A stretch of 63,696 bases of DNA, the filler included, from Chiloscyllium plagiosum (taxonomy: Eukaryota), in NCBI RefSeq assembly GCF_004010195.1. It is 3 parts of one record of this genome, joined end to end, with 100 filler letters (N's around TTAATTAATTAA, not from the genome) between each part and the next. Parts side by side here need not be neighbours in the genome. Positions count along the whole stretch, not along the records: positions 40,370 to 63,696 come from NC_057710.1; 2 more parts are not named here. One strand, 5' to 3'. A program made the translations under genes and the position numbers. This document shows, piece by piece, positions 52,360 through 63,696 of the stretch (position 1 is the first letter of the stretch; each line of letters starts with the position of its first letter). The notes under the pieces were generated by a model that did no database searches, had not been told where the DNA came from, and saw nothing but the letters and a program-made list of their open reading frames with translations.

Positions 52360-52771
52360 CTGGTCTCCTACTGGGCTCCTGTCTAGGGAGGACCAATCAC
52401 ATTCACTGGTCTCCTACTGGGCTCCAGTCTCAGGGGGACCAATCACATTCACTGGTCTCCTACTGGGCTGCAGTCTCAGGGGGATCAATCACATTCACTG
52501 GTCTCCTACTGGGCTGCAGTCTCAGGGGGACCAATCACATTCACTGGTCTCCTACTGGGCTGGCAGTCTCAGGGGGACCAATCACATTCACTGGTCTCCT
52601 ACTGGGCTGCAGTCCCAGATGGACCAAGCACATTCACTGGTCTCCTACTGGGCTGCAGTCTCAGATGGACCAATCACATTCACTGGTCTCCTACTGGGCT
52701 GCAGTCTCAGGGTGGACCAATCACATTCACTGGTCTCCTACTGGGCTGCAGTCTCAGATGGACCAAGCACA
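52360..52771. repeat. 46-bp minisatellite, about 9 copies
   Basis: Unit ctggtctcctactgggctgcagtctcagggggaccaatcacattca starts at 52360, 52406, 52452, 52498, 52544, 52591, 52637, 52683 and 52730. Confidence 0.95.
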
Positions 52772-53533
52772 GCTTAATCAGCTACCTTTAGATTGTTAAA
52801 AAAGAACTTTTCTGGAATGAGTTGCCGCAGTTTTGAATTTTGGGAAAAGGAATGCTGGAATGGGAGAGAAGGTTAGGAAGTTGCCTTTAGTGTGCCCAGC
52901 CACATTGTGAGTGGTCCCTGAGAACTGGAGCACTGACAGAACCACTGATCGGGGTGTGAAACTGCAAAGGGGTCGGAATCAAATGGAGAAAAAAAGACAG
53001 GGGAAGAAATTAAGGAAGACTTCCATTTATATCATACTTATCATGAACTTAAGAGTGTCCCAGTATGCTCAACAGTCAATGTTCTGAAGGATTACAAGGA
53101 AGATTTGATTTAGATTTAGATTTTTATTGCCATGTGTGCTCATGTACAGGAGTACAGTGAAAAGTACATTATGTCACCACACAAGGTACCATCTTAGGTA
53201 CAAGTACCTAGCTACAGTGTCTTAAGAACACGATAGAAAGAAATAACAATGGTGGAAGTTAAACATTGTATTAAGTAGAAAAATAAAGAAATAAAGTTAA
53301 AAGTCGAAGATTACAGTCTTTTGAAAGTGTCGGGAGGCAGCTGTGGAAGACAGGGGACAGGACTGGACAGGACTGGACAGGACTGGACAGGGATTCCTTC
53401 AGTGGAACAGAGGTCATGATACAGAGCGACTGACTGGTTTACCGTCTCCTTTTGTCTGACTAGTTGTGAGGGATTGATTGCCCTTAATAGATACTCATTA
53501 GCAGTTATCAAATAATTGTTGCAATTTATAATG

Positions 53534-53640
53534 GCCTTTAGTCACAGTATTCTGAAATAATCTGAGCACAGAAGCTAAGAAGAACCAGAGTTGATTGATT
53601 ACTTGGATGGGAGACTGCCTGGGGCTACCAGGGGTTAGGT
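53534..53640 (+). pseudogene. 5S rRNA-derived relic (pseudogene or SINE3 head)
   Basis: gaagctaag...tacttggatgggagactgcctggg matches the 5S internal control region (A and C boxes). Confidence 0.7.
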
Positions 53641-55734
53641 GTCTTGTGTAGCGCTCCTACCTCTAAGCCTGTTTCAAAATCCATTTCCCTGGAAGTGAGG
53701 CACAATGTGTCTGAACATGTGAAAACCATGATAGCGTGAAAGTGCTCAGATAGGTTCCACAGTAGCACAAATGTGGTAGACCCTAGGTTGGTCGTCTCTA
53801 ACAGTAACTATGTCATAGAAAACACACCATCCAGAATTATAGATTAATTCACGACAGGGTGGAAAGGACACTGTTATAATACATTTACTGCTTGCTTCTG
53901 GGAAACTATTCCTATTAACAGACCTTTTCAATGTGTATATTTCTTATGTAGTCTTTGTAAAATGTTATAAACAGCTTAAACACCATACCTGGCTGGATTT
54001 TCACTGTTAATCTCATGATTAAGAGCTGAAATATATAAAGTTTTTGCATGTTAAGTAAATATATGTACTCAAGCATGTTTTCTGAAAATAAAGGAAGACA
54101 ATGTATTCATGAGCATATTTAACAAACACCAATAATGTCCAAGTGGTGCCCAGTCATAAAATACACAGACATCGTTGTAATGACAGAAACACCACGACTA
54201 ATTTACACCCTGCAAACTGCAAGGTCATCATCAGACCAGGGCCAGGAATTCCAGTCAGGGCCAGGAATTCTTTTTCCGAAACACATTAGACTAAAAGTGC
54301 CCTTCTTTTTTGATTTGCCGTAAGGATTCCCAGACAAGAGAGAACAGCAGGAACCAACCTGGCTTCCAGAAGTGCAGGGAATCAGTGTGGAACCACACTC
54401 TCCTTTACAGCTGAACACGTGATTAAACATTCAGCAGCCACTTTGACAGTGAGTAAATCTGCCAGGTCAGTGTGAGGTAACCTGGCAGGGTAGGGTGGAG
54501 AAGGCTGAGGGGGTCAGGGGAGCAGCTAAGTGAAAGGGGAAGTATCGGGTAGGGGTCTGAGTGCTTCGGGTGGGTTGATGAGTTGGATGTGAGGATTGGG
54601 ATGGGGATGGGTGGCAGTATTGGCAGGTGGAGTGTTGTCCAATCAAGGGTGAGAATAGGTGCCCTCCAGGGCGATATAAATGTCATGTCAGGAATGGTTC
54701 AGTAGGGTGTGGGGTCCAGTTGTGTGCAGTGCTGGAATGGGAGAAATGTGAGGAGGGCTTGGTCAGTGTGATGGGATCGCTGTCAGTGTGTGGGGGCGGG
54801 GGGGCAGTGNNNNNNNNNNNNNNNNNNNNNNNNNNNNNNNNNNNNNNNNNNNNNNNNNNNNNNNNNNNNNNNNNNNNNNNNNNNNNNNNNNNNNNNNNNN
54901 NNNNNNNNNNNNNNNNNNNNNNNNNNNNNNNNNNNNNNNNNNNNNNNNNNNNNNNNNNNNNNNNNNNNNNNNNNNNNNNNNNNNNNNNNNNNNNNNNNNN
55001 NNNNNNNNNNNNNNNNNNNNNNNNNNNNNNNNNNNNNNNNNNNNNNNNNNNNNNNNNNNNNNNNNNNNNNNNNNNNNNNNNNNNNNNNNNNNNNNNNNNN
55101 NNNNNNNNNNNNNNNNNNNNNNNNNNNNNNNNNNNNNNNNNNNNNNNNNNNNNNNNNNNNNNNNNNNNNNNNNNNNNNNNNNNNNNNNNNNNNNNNNNNN
55201 NNNNNNNNNNNNNNNNNNNNNNNNNNNNNNNNNNNNNNNNNNNNNNNNNNNNNNNNNNNNNNNNNNNNNNNNNNNNNNNNNNNNNNNNNNNNNNNNNNNN
55301 NNNNNNNNNNNNNNNNNNNNNNNNNNNNNNNNNNNNNNNNNNNNNNNNNNNNNNNNNNNNNNNNNNNNNNNNNNNGTGAGTATGTGGGATAGGGTTGGTG
55401 TGTGGAGGTGAGTATGTAGGGGTCAGGATGAGTGTGTGGTGGATGTGGTGTGGGTGAGTTTAGGGGGATGTGAATGTGGAGAAGGTAGAAAAGGTTTTTA
55501 ATCCCATAATCGTTCCTTGCTTGATTGAATTTAAACCCTTCAAATTCTCCAATTTGAACTTGAATTTGAGGACTTTTCCCTACATTGTGTATTTGCTGCA
55601 AGGAATCTGGCCATTCCGGAAGAATCCGCTGCATCCGGAACTCTGCCTGGCCCAAAGTGCAGCTCGAAAATCTGGACTGTGTAAAAATGGCCTGTCCATC
55701 AGGGTGTCTGGATCAATCTGTTTCTGATACTGAT

Positions 55735-55975
55735 TGAGGGGGTGAATATTGGCCAGCACACCTGAGAAACCTCCAATGCTCTTTTCCAAAATACGACATT
55801 AAATCTCTTATATCCACCGTACAGACTCCCAGTTTAACTTCTCCAACAAAAAACAGCCATCTCGAACCATATAACGCCCCCAACAGTGTGGCACTCCTTC
55901 AGTTTTGATTTCTCTGTTTAAACCCTAGAGTGAGACTTGAAGCTGAACTCTTCTAACCCAGAGTTACCACTACTA
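55735..55975 (-). mobile_element. Degenerate DeuSINE-type SINE
   Basis: gaatattggccagcacac...gtttaac...gcactcc...gacttgaa resembles the reverse-complement Deu core and tRNA head. Confidence 0.6.
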
Positions 55976-56646
55976 CCTGGCATTGACCTTATTCCTTCCT
56001 CCTGTTACTGGCAGATCGTTGACACCTATAGAAGGTCAAAGGTTAACTTCCAAATGAAATCAAAGCAGAAACCAGTTCCATTATTACTGGTATTCTCAGG
56101 ATCTAAAACTGATTTATATAGACACTGATTGGTTGAAAATGAACTTAACGTGTTTTCTTCCTAAACTGAATCATTAATTTTTCTTTTGATGATTTTGTAC
56201 CCCATGAAGTTAGACTTGGCAGAGTACTCTTTTCCTGAGGTTGTAAATTGCCTGTCCCGTAAGGTCTCATCCCCGGTGCTCCCCCAGAATGTCTCAGATT
56301 GTGAAGATGTTTTGGGATTGTTGGAGTGGTTCTGCTGCTGAGGTAACCAGCCCATAAATGTGGTCGTGTTTGTTTCTGAAAACCTAATTGGCCACTTCAC
56401 TTATAGGAATGCTTAAAAAACACATCGAGGTCACTCAAAACCCTTCTGCAGAAGTCAATGTGTTGCTGACACACCTTCCTTTGCACAGCACTCAGGGAAA
56501 CCATTAAATATATAAATGTTGACTTCTGCTGGGTTTTATTTTGGCCCCAGTCCTGTCCACTGTCAGGTTTATCTGGTAGCTCTGCATGTGGATGTGACTG
56601 CAGATTAAATCATGCCAGCGCTTCTGCTCTGGCATAGGGCCCTCAC

Positions 56647-56674
56647 CTTCCACAGGGACAGCTTCCAGCAGATC
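56647..56674 (-). CDS. TMEM154: Candidate 28-nt TMEM154-like micro-exon
   Basis: Acceptor tttgttcctattttaattcag and donor AAG|gtgagg. Open as phase 1 to 2 (RSAGSCPCGS), which bridges the TM exon to the 86-nt exon; also open in phase 0 (DLLEAVPVE). Confidence 0.6.
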
Positions 56675-57127
56675 CTGAATTAAAATAGGAACAAACTGGA
56701 GCATGTTGCCAAGGGAGATGTAAGTTGCCCCTTTTCTGATATCCTGCCTTCCCTGTGTGGTTGAAATCCAGCGTTTGGCACTGGTGTGAGATGATTTCAG
56801 CATCACTGACCCAACCACCCAGCTGCTGACATGATCTGCCTGCTCAGCCATTACCGTGAGGTATGCAAGGATGACAAGCAGTGAGAGAATTATATATCAG
56901 TCAGAAACAGTGCCTTTGAGTAATGGAGACTACAAAGGACAAATTCCTTCAAATAAAATGAAAATTCATATCTAAAAATGGGTTGAAAATAATTTTTTAG
57001 TTCTGCATTGAGAGAAGTGCAGTCATTAGGAATGCATATATAAGGATTCATGCACAAGTGCATCAGAATTTCCATCCATTAAAGTTCATTATTATTACAT
57101 GTTTCAGTGGGTGACACACTCTATCAG

Positions 57128-57447
57128 GAGGAGAAAGTGAGGTCTGCAGATGCTGGAGATCAGAGCTGGAAATGTGTTGCTGGAAAAGCGCAGCAGGTCA
57201 GGCAGCATCCAGGGAACAGGAGAATCGACGTTTTGGGCATAAGCCCTTCTTCAGGAATGAGGAAAGTTTGTCCAGCAGGCTAAGATAAAAGGTAGGGAGG
57301 AGGGACTTGGGGGAGGGGCGTCGGAAATGTGATAGGTGGAAAGAGGTCAAGGTGAGGGTGATAGGTCAGACGGGAGTGGGGGCGATTCTCCTGTTCCCTG
57401 GATGCTGCCTGACCTGCTGCGCTTTTCCAGCAACACATTTCCAGCTC
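57128..57447. mobile_element. Penelope-like pLTR with inverted tail and 15-bp TSD
   Basis: gacacactctatcag at 57113 and 57448; the hammerhead motif has GAAA changed to AAAA. Confidence 0.85.
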
Positions 57448-57679
57448 GACACACTCTATCAGTATGATATTCTTAACAGATAGGAAACCAGCATCAACAT
57501 GTTAGCAAAGAGAAGTACTTGTGCTTGAGTGCTTTAAGTAGCAAGCTAAGTATGACGGGTGGATGATAAGCAGTTCAGGTTGGAAATTTGAGAAAGACCT
57601 TAACATCCCACTGTTTCGTATTTGTGTTCAAAGCATATTGAATTTCTTTCTGTGTTTTATGAACAATAGATTTAAGTAT

Positions 57680-59540
57680 CTAACACAGAGGAAGATGGTT
57701 GTGGTTGTTGGACATCAATCATCTCAGCCCAAGCACGTCACTACAGGTAGTGTCCTAAGCCAAATCATCTTCAGCTGCTTTGTCAATGACCTTCCCTCCA
57801 TCTTAAGGTCAGATTTGGGAATGTTTGCACCATTCATGACTTCTCAGATACCGAAGCACTTCATATTCAAATACAACAAGATCTGGACAGGGTCCCAGTA
57901 TCGATTCCAGACTTAGGGAAACTGTCTGTGTGGAGTTTGCACATTCTCCCTGTGTCTGCGTGGGCTTCCTCCAGGTGCTCCGGTTTCCTCCCACAGTCCA
58001 AAAAATGTACAGGTCAGGTGAATTGGCTATGCTAAATTGCTCGTAGTGTTAGGTGCATCAGTCAGAGGGAAATTGGTCTGTGTGGGTTACTCTTCGGCTG
58101 GTCGGTGTGGAGTTGTTAGGCCGAAGGGCCTATTTCCACACCGTAGGGAATCTAATCTAATCTAAGCTTGGACTGGCAAGTTACATTCATATCAGACAAG
58201 TGCCAAGCAATGACTATCTTGAACGAGAGAGAATCCAACCATTTCACCTTGACATTCAATGGCATTGGTCACAATTGATCAGAAACAGAATCAGGCAGGC
58301 CATGTAACCACTGTGGCTACAATAGCAGGTCAGAGGCCTGGAATTCAGTGCCAAGTGGTCAAAAAGGCATTTTGGCACATGTTTGCCTTCATTGCTGAGT
58401 CCTTTGAGAATAGGATTGGGACGTCATATTGTGGTTGTACAGGACATTGGTGAGGCCTGCTCTGGAGTAGGGTGTCCATTTCTGGTCACCCAGTTATAGG
58501 AAGGATATTATGAAGCTGGAGAGATTTACCAGGAAGTTGCCAGGAATGAAGGGTTTGAATTATAAGGAGAGGCTGGATAGGCTGGGACTCCTTTCATTGA
58601 AGCATAGAAGTTTGAGAGTTGACCTTATAGAGGTTTATAAAATCATGAGGTGTATAGTTAAGGTGAATGGCAGGAGTCTTCTCCCTAGGCTGTGGGATTT
58701 CAAGACTAGAGATCACACTTCTGAGATGAGAGGAGAAAGGTTTTAAAAAGACACGAGGAGCAACTTTTTTTAAACAGAGAGAGTGGTTTGTGTGTGGAGT
58801 GAACTTCCAGAGGAAGTGGTGGACGCAAATGCAGTTGTAACATGTAAAAGATGGTTGGATAGGTACATGAATAAGGGATGTTGGAGGGTCATGGGCCAGG
58901 TGGGACTAGTTTCGTTTGAGATTATGGCTGGCATAGACCGAGGGGTCTGTTTCTGTGCTGCATGACTCCATGACTCTATGACTCACAATGTAACAAATCT
59001 CCTGTCTTCCAGTTCTTGCTGCCAAGACACAAGTCAGGAGTGTGATGGAATACTCCCCCACTTGCCTGGATTGGGGGCAGCTTGAACAACATTCAAATAA
59101 CTTGACACCATCCAGGACAAAGCAGCCCACTTGATTGGCACCACACCCACCAGCAGCAGAATTCGCTCCCTCCACCCACTATCACGCAGTGTCAGCAGTG
59201 TGTAATGTGGACAAGGTGCATTGCAGTAATGCGCCAAGGGTCTGTTGACAGCACTTTCCAAGTCAGCAACCTCTGCCACCCAGAGCACCAGGGAAGTAGA
59301 AGCCTGGAAATGGCACAAACTCCCCTGCCATCCACACACCATCCTGACATCCAATCAGATCACCATTTCTTTGGTGTCACTATGTTAAATTCCTGGTGCT
59401 AACTTCCTTAACAGCACTAATAGAGCACTACCTCTCCCAGGGCCTGGAGGGAGTTAAAAAGGACCTCTTACACATACCCTCTGCAGGGTACTTAAGGATG
59501 GACAATATATATTGGCCTAGCCAATGATACATCACACCCT
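57680..59540 (+). mobile_element. Old CR1/L2 LINE with nested HE1 SINE (57893-58165) and CR1 3' end (58345-58985)
   Basis: GSVLSQIIFSCFVNDLPS; SINE core; DLIEVYKIM; CR1 tail. Confidence 0.75.
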
Positions 59541-61379
59541 GAATGAATTTCTTTTAAAATCCCAGATTCTGAGTTAGCCATAATTGCACATAGCTATGCA
59601 AGAATACCTTAGGATATGACTGATTTATTCCAATTAGTTTCGAATTAGATGATTTTTGTGTTGTGTTTTTAAAAGGATGAGAGCTGTAGGTAGTACTGAG
59701 TGACTACACTGCCAGTTCACTTGGGTACAAATCCATCGCAGTCTGATTAAAATTCCTCTCTGTTGGGAAGCAATGTAATGAGGAAACGACATTGAGTTGG
59801 TTATTAAATCAGTTCAGAACAGCTTGTCTATACACTTGAAGAACATTCCAGAATTTGTGTCGATTCAGATTAGCCATTGATACTTTTAAGGAACAATTCC
59901 AAAATGTATATTCTCATTTATCCAAGGAATTGTGTCTTCAATAACATACTGATTGAATGCAGTTCTTGGGTCTCCTGATTACCCAGAAACACACCTCCTA
60001 AATGGACAACTGCTTTGAAGGCACCAAATTGTTTGATCAGAGAGAGAAAAACATACCTTGAAAAATGGCTAGAACAAAAAGTTGCATTTGGCAAACAGTG
60101 GGGATTGTTAATTCAAATCTTTCTCAATAAATAAGGATCTGTGACAGATTGGCCACTGAAGACCAGGTCTCTCTTTATCAAGAGTTTGTTATATATATTT
60201 CACTGTTAGTCCCCTTGAGAACATTCCATAATGAGTTGTTCTTTTCTGACTGCACTAAATAATTGTGAATTGTGTAATATTTACCAAGTATTGTATATCC
60301 TATGAATGGATATAAAGAACAGCATCCTCAGAGATTTGAAAAAAATCTTAACAGTTCTTGTTGCAATGAGTTCAGTCTTTCAACTGTTATTTAGAATTAT
60401 ACAGTCTTCAGTTCAACCCATCACAGGCTACAAAGAAACCAATGTAGTGCAGTTTCTGCAGAGACTTACCCACTGGATCCTCACTCGTATGCTATGCACC
60501 TTTTTAACAGAGGCATCGAAACAAAGGAATTAGGAAACAAAGGGGCAGCAGGAGGCCATTCAGCCCATTGAGCCTATTATTCCAGATCATGCACCTTTCT
60601 GCTGCACTATCCTCACTCTTGCTAATCAGCAAATACCTCATCAGGCAAACATGGGCCACTTTCAAACTCAGCAGTTGAAATCTGCTGTTGTCTTCCCAAC
60701 ATGACTAGGAATAGCTTTGTTAGTATCCAGAGGCAGCCTCAATAAAAGTAATTGGTGTGAAGTAGCTGGCACAGAACAGGGGGCCCCAAAAAAAACAGGA
60801 GCAATTGATCTTGTTTTTAAAATTTGTTTGGTCAGATGGAGCAGCAGTGTTATTCTGACCACTACAAGTGAAGTCTAAAGCCCTTCCCAGTCTCCAACTG
60901 AATATTATCTGGAAAACATCAAGAATGATTACCATAGATTCCTGGCCCAATTCATTTGTTGGTTCATTTGGTGGGCTGGGACCAAAGGTTGGGAAGGAAA
61001 AGGCCCTGGGACAACTAAATTGAACTTAGAAGTTGATGAGCCTGCAGCTCATACTGTTGGCCCATCTCTCACTGTTACCTTCTGGTTAAAATGAGGTTTA
61101 TGTGTAATTATAGGGACAATGCAACTACAAAGGAAAAGATATTACAGTCAACATAAGCATGAAGTTTCAAAATTCTTTTTCAAATAAAGATTCATCGACT
61201 AAGTTGGTTCAAACAAATAGGCATTCCAAACCAAGAGGATTTGATGATTCATTTGAATGGACCTCCCAGGACATTGCTTGCAGCAGGAGCATGTAGAAGG
61301 AGTGATAGAAATAAGGTCGCAACTCTACCCCAGCATTCAACTTGTTCAGATTTCCAGTGTCTGTATTATACAGCTTCAT

Positions 61380-61715
61380 AAAGTGATGATTGAGGCATGG
61401 ATAGAATGAATAATCAAAATCTTTTCACCAGGTGGGGAGTCCAAAACTACAGGGCATAAGTTGAGAGGGGAAAGATTTAAAAGTGACACGAAGGGTGACT
61501 TTTTCACACAGAGGCTGGAGCATTAATGGAACAAGCTGTCAGAGGAAGTGATAGACTCGGGCTCAATTACAACACTGAAAAGACACTTGGACTGGTAAAT
61601 GCATTGGAAAGATTTAGAGGGATATGGGCTAAATGCAGGCAAATGGGGCTAGTTCAGTTCAGGAAATGTGATTAGCATGGACGAGTTGGTTGAAAGGCTG
61701 TATGAATCCATGACA
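61380..61715 (+). mobile_element. CR1 3' end
   Basis: gagaggggaaagatttaaa...tttttcacacagag...atgggctaaatgcaggc. Confidence 0.7.
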
Positions 61716-62007
61716 CTGGGGGATAATTTTAACCAAACATTCGGGATTGGAAATTGACAAGGTCAGTGTGGCTGCTCGTCTGGTTCCAGGTGTACTTTGC
61801 ATTGACTTCACTGGGAAGTAAAATCACTGACCCCTATTGTGCCCCAAAAACAAACTGAGAACGATGCTTCTTCAAGAATAACAACATTTCCTCCTTTACA
61901 GACCAATCATTTCCTTTTGGCTGTGTGCTATTTCCTCATTTAAATATAACACTATTTTGCATTAAGTTTGGTTCAGCAAATCAATAAAACAAAACGTTAT
62001 TGCTTAC

Positions 62008-62430
62008 GTTGTTTTTTCTCATGAGTATGATTTATCAGGAAGGCTATCACTAAACCAACCAAAGCAAGACCCAGAATTGGAAGCACAATCATCAAAATTA
62101 CTTTGTTGTTCTCCAGGGGGGTCTTTGCAATATTTTTAGTAGCTGGCGGGGAGATCGTTGGAGATGTAGAATTCCACAGTAGTTCATCGGTGGTTTTGCT
62201 GCTTGCAGCATTCCCTTTGTGGAAAGCTTCCAGAAATCTCCTTGTAGATGTGTTCTGTGAAACAGTTGATGATGCTTGATTACTCACTGGTAATGTGAGG
62301 CTGTTGTTAGTACAGAGACCATGATGTGTGATTGCTGTCGATAATGGAAGAAATCTGTCTTTTTCTGATGGAGCTGACTGGGTTGCATGAATCATTGATG
62401 TGGTTGTTTCATTTTTTTCTGATGAATAAC
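62008..62430 (-). CDS. TMEM154: TMEM154-like: Ser/Thr-rich ectodomain + transmembrane exon (423 nt, phase 1 to 1)
   Basis: Acceptor ttcatttcaacag|GT and donor CAAC|gtaagc. Open frame GYSSEKNETT...ENNKVILMIVLPILGLALVGLVIAFLINHTHEKKQ, with N-glycosylation sequons NET, NNS, NTS, NST. The TM segment resembles the recalled TMEM154 'ENQLEFILMVLIPLILL' segment. Confidence 0.85.
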
Positions 62431-63224
62431 CTGTTGAAATGAATCGGAGAAGTAAAAAAAAAATGTTGTTTGTATTGTGCATGAACCTAGAGCAAGTCTT
62501 AACTCTTCTAGAGAATGTGTGCCTGGTTTCACAATTCTGCTTTGATTTTCCCGATTCTAAAGCAGGGGTGAGGCAGGGGAGTGTAAGGCAGAAATGTAAA
62601 TATGACTGTCACTTCAGATAAGTTTGTAATGGTGCACATACACTCCATTCCATGCATAATACTCTTAACCCCGTGAGCTTTGATGGGGTTAGTGACAGGC
62701 AGAACTGCTGGACACAAAACCCAACTCCATTTCACCCAAAATATCAACCTTTCTTTGTTCTGGAATGTGTTTTATTAAAGAATTATAAAATAGAATCTGG
62801 TCGCACAGTAGGAGTGCAGCAAAGATTCATGTGGCTGCACCAGGGATGGCAGGTTTGTCATATGAGGAGAGATTGGTTTAATTAGGCCTATATTCATTCA
62901 GAAGATGATATTTAACAGAGCTAGGCAGACGAGATGCAGGAAGAATGTTTCCCCTGGTTTTGGAGTCTCGGAGCAAGGGGCCCTGTCCTGGGATACAGGG
63001 TAGGCCAGTTAGTTCTGAAATAAGAAAACTTTTTTCATTTACTGTGGAACTCACTAACACACAAGGCTGTGGAGGCTGGGTCACTGAACATATGCAAGGT
63101 TTAGATTTGAAAAACATTAGGAGTAAGAGGAGAAAATGGGAATGTGGTATTAAGATAAAGGATTGGCCATGATCATTTTGAATGTTGAAGCAGGTTGAAG
63201 GGTTGAGTGAACTATTCCTAGAAT

Positions 63225-63696
63225 TATATCATAGATTCCCTGCAGTGTGGAAACAGGCCATTCGGCCCAACAAGTTCACATTGAGTTGCCAACACAGACC
63301 CATTCCCCTACCCCATTACTTTACATTTCCCCTGACTAACGTACCCAGCCTACACATTCCCAAGTAGGGACTTGGGGGAGGGGCGTTGGAAATGCGATAG
63401 GCCTCCTTCTACCTATCGCATTTCCAATGCCCCTCCCCCAAGTCCCTCCTCCCTACCTTTTATCTTAGCCTGCTTGGCACACTCTCCTCATTCCTGAGGA
63501 AGGGCTCATGCCCAAAACGTCGATTCTCCTGCTCCTTGGATGCTGCCTGACCTGCTGCACTTTTCCAGCAACACATTTCCAGCTCTGATCTCCAGCATCT
63601 GCAGTCCAATTCAGCATGACCAATCCACTTGACCTGCACATAGAGTCATAGAGATGTACAGCACGGAAACAGACCCTTCAGTCCAATCCGTCCATG
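63225..63696. mobile_element. HE1 SINE fragment interrupted by a Penelope pLTR (63364-63606), then a CR1 3' end
   Basis: SINE tail, fold-back pLTR with a mutated hammerhead at 63492-63525, and an agagtcatagagatgtacagc tail. Confidence 0.75.

Noticed and set aside
52360..52771. CRISPR-like array
   Set aside because: Units are contiguous with no unique spacers, the context is eukaryotic, and there are no cas genes.
54203..54430. 75-aa minus ORF as a TMEM154 exon
   Set aside because: No convincing acceptor/donor pair and no homology.
54627..55655. ORFs of 200-290 aa (similar ones at 2448-3308, 9358-9998 and 15586-16200)
   Set aside because: They are open only because they run through N gaps.
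61997..62482. Single-exon 161-aa membrane protein as given in the ORF track
   Set aside because: The ATG lies in an intronic polypyrimidine tract, and a strong donor precedes the stop; this is an internal exon.

Overview
Repeat-dense vertebrate DNA, almost certainly cartilaginous fish (shark). The evidence is HE1-type tRNA SINEs, HER1/CR1 LINEs, Penelope-like elements and Harbinger relics; the window also has many N gaps. The one recognisable host gene is a TMEM154-family type I membrane protein on the minus strand (about 62430 to 43134). Its exons are a 423-nt mucin-stalk+TM exon, micro-exon candidates, an 86-nt 'PIFEDDVASVMEVEMDELDRWM' exon, a 58-nt exon and a probable short terminal exon; exon 1 lies outside the window. 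The rest is mainly CR1/L2, Tx1-like L1, SINEs, a solo ERV LTR, a Gmr1-like 3' end plus LTR, a Gypsy gag relic, a Tc2/pogo-like MITE, a 5S-derived relic and minisatellites. The most notable observations are a dozen or more minimal type-I hammerhead ribozyme motifs from about four Penelope-like families (some sense-oriented in TMEM154 introns), two alternative in-frame micro-exon paths through the TMEM154 tail, and a phase-compatible exon chain of a possible unknown or decayed gene at 20-30 kb. All calls were made by eye; no database searches were run.
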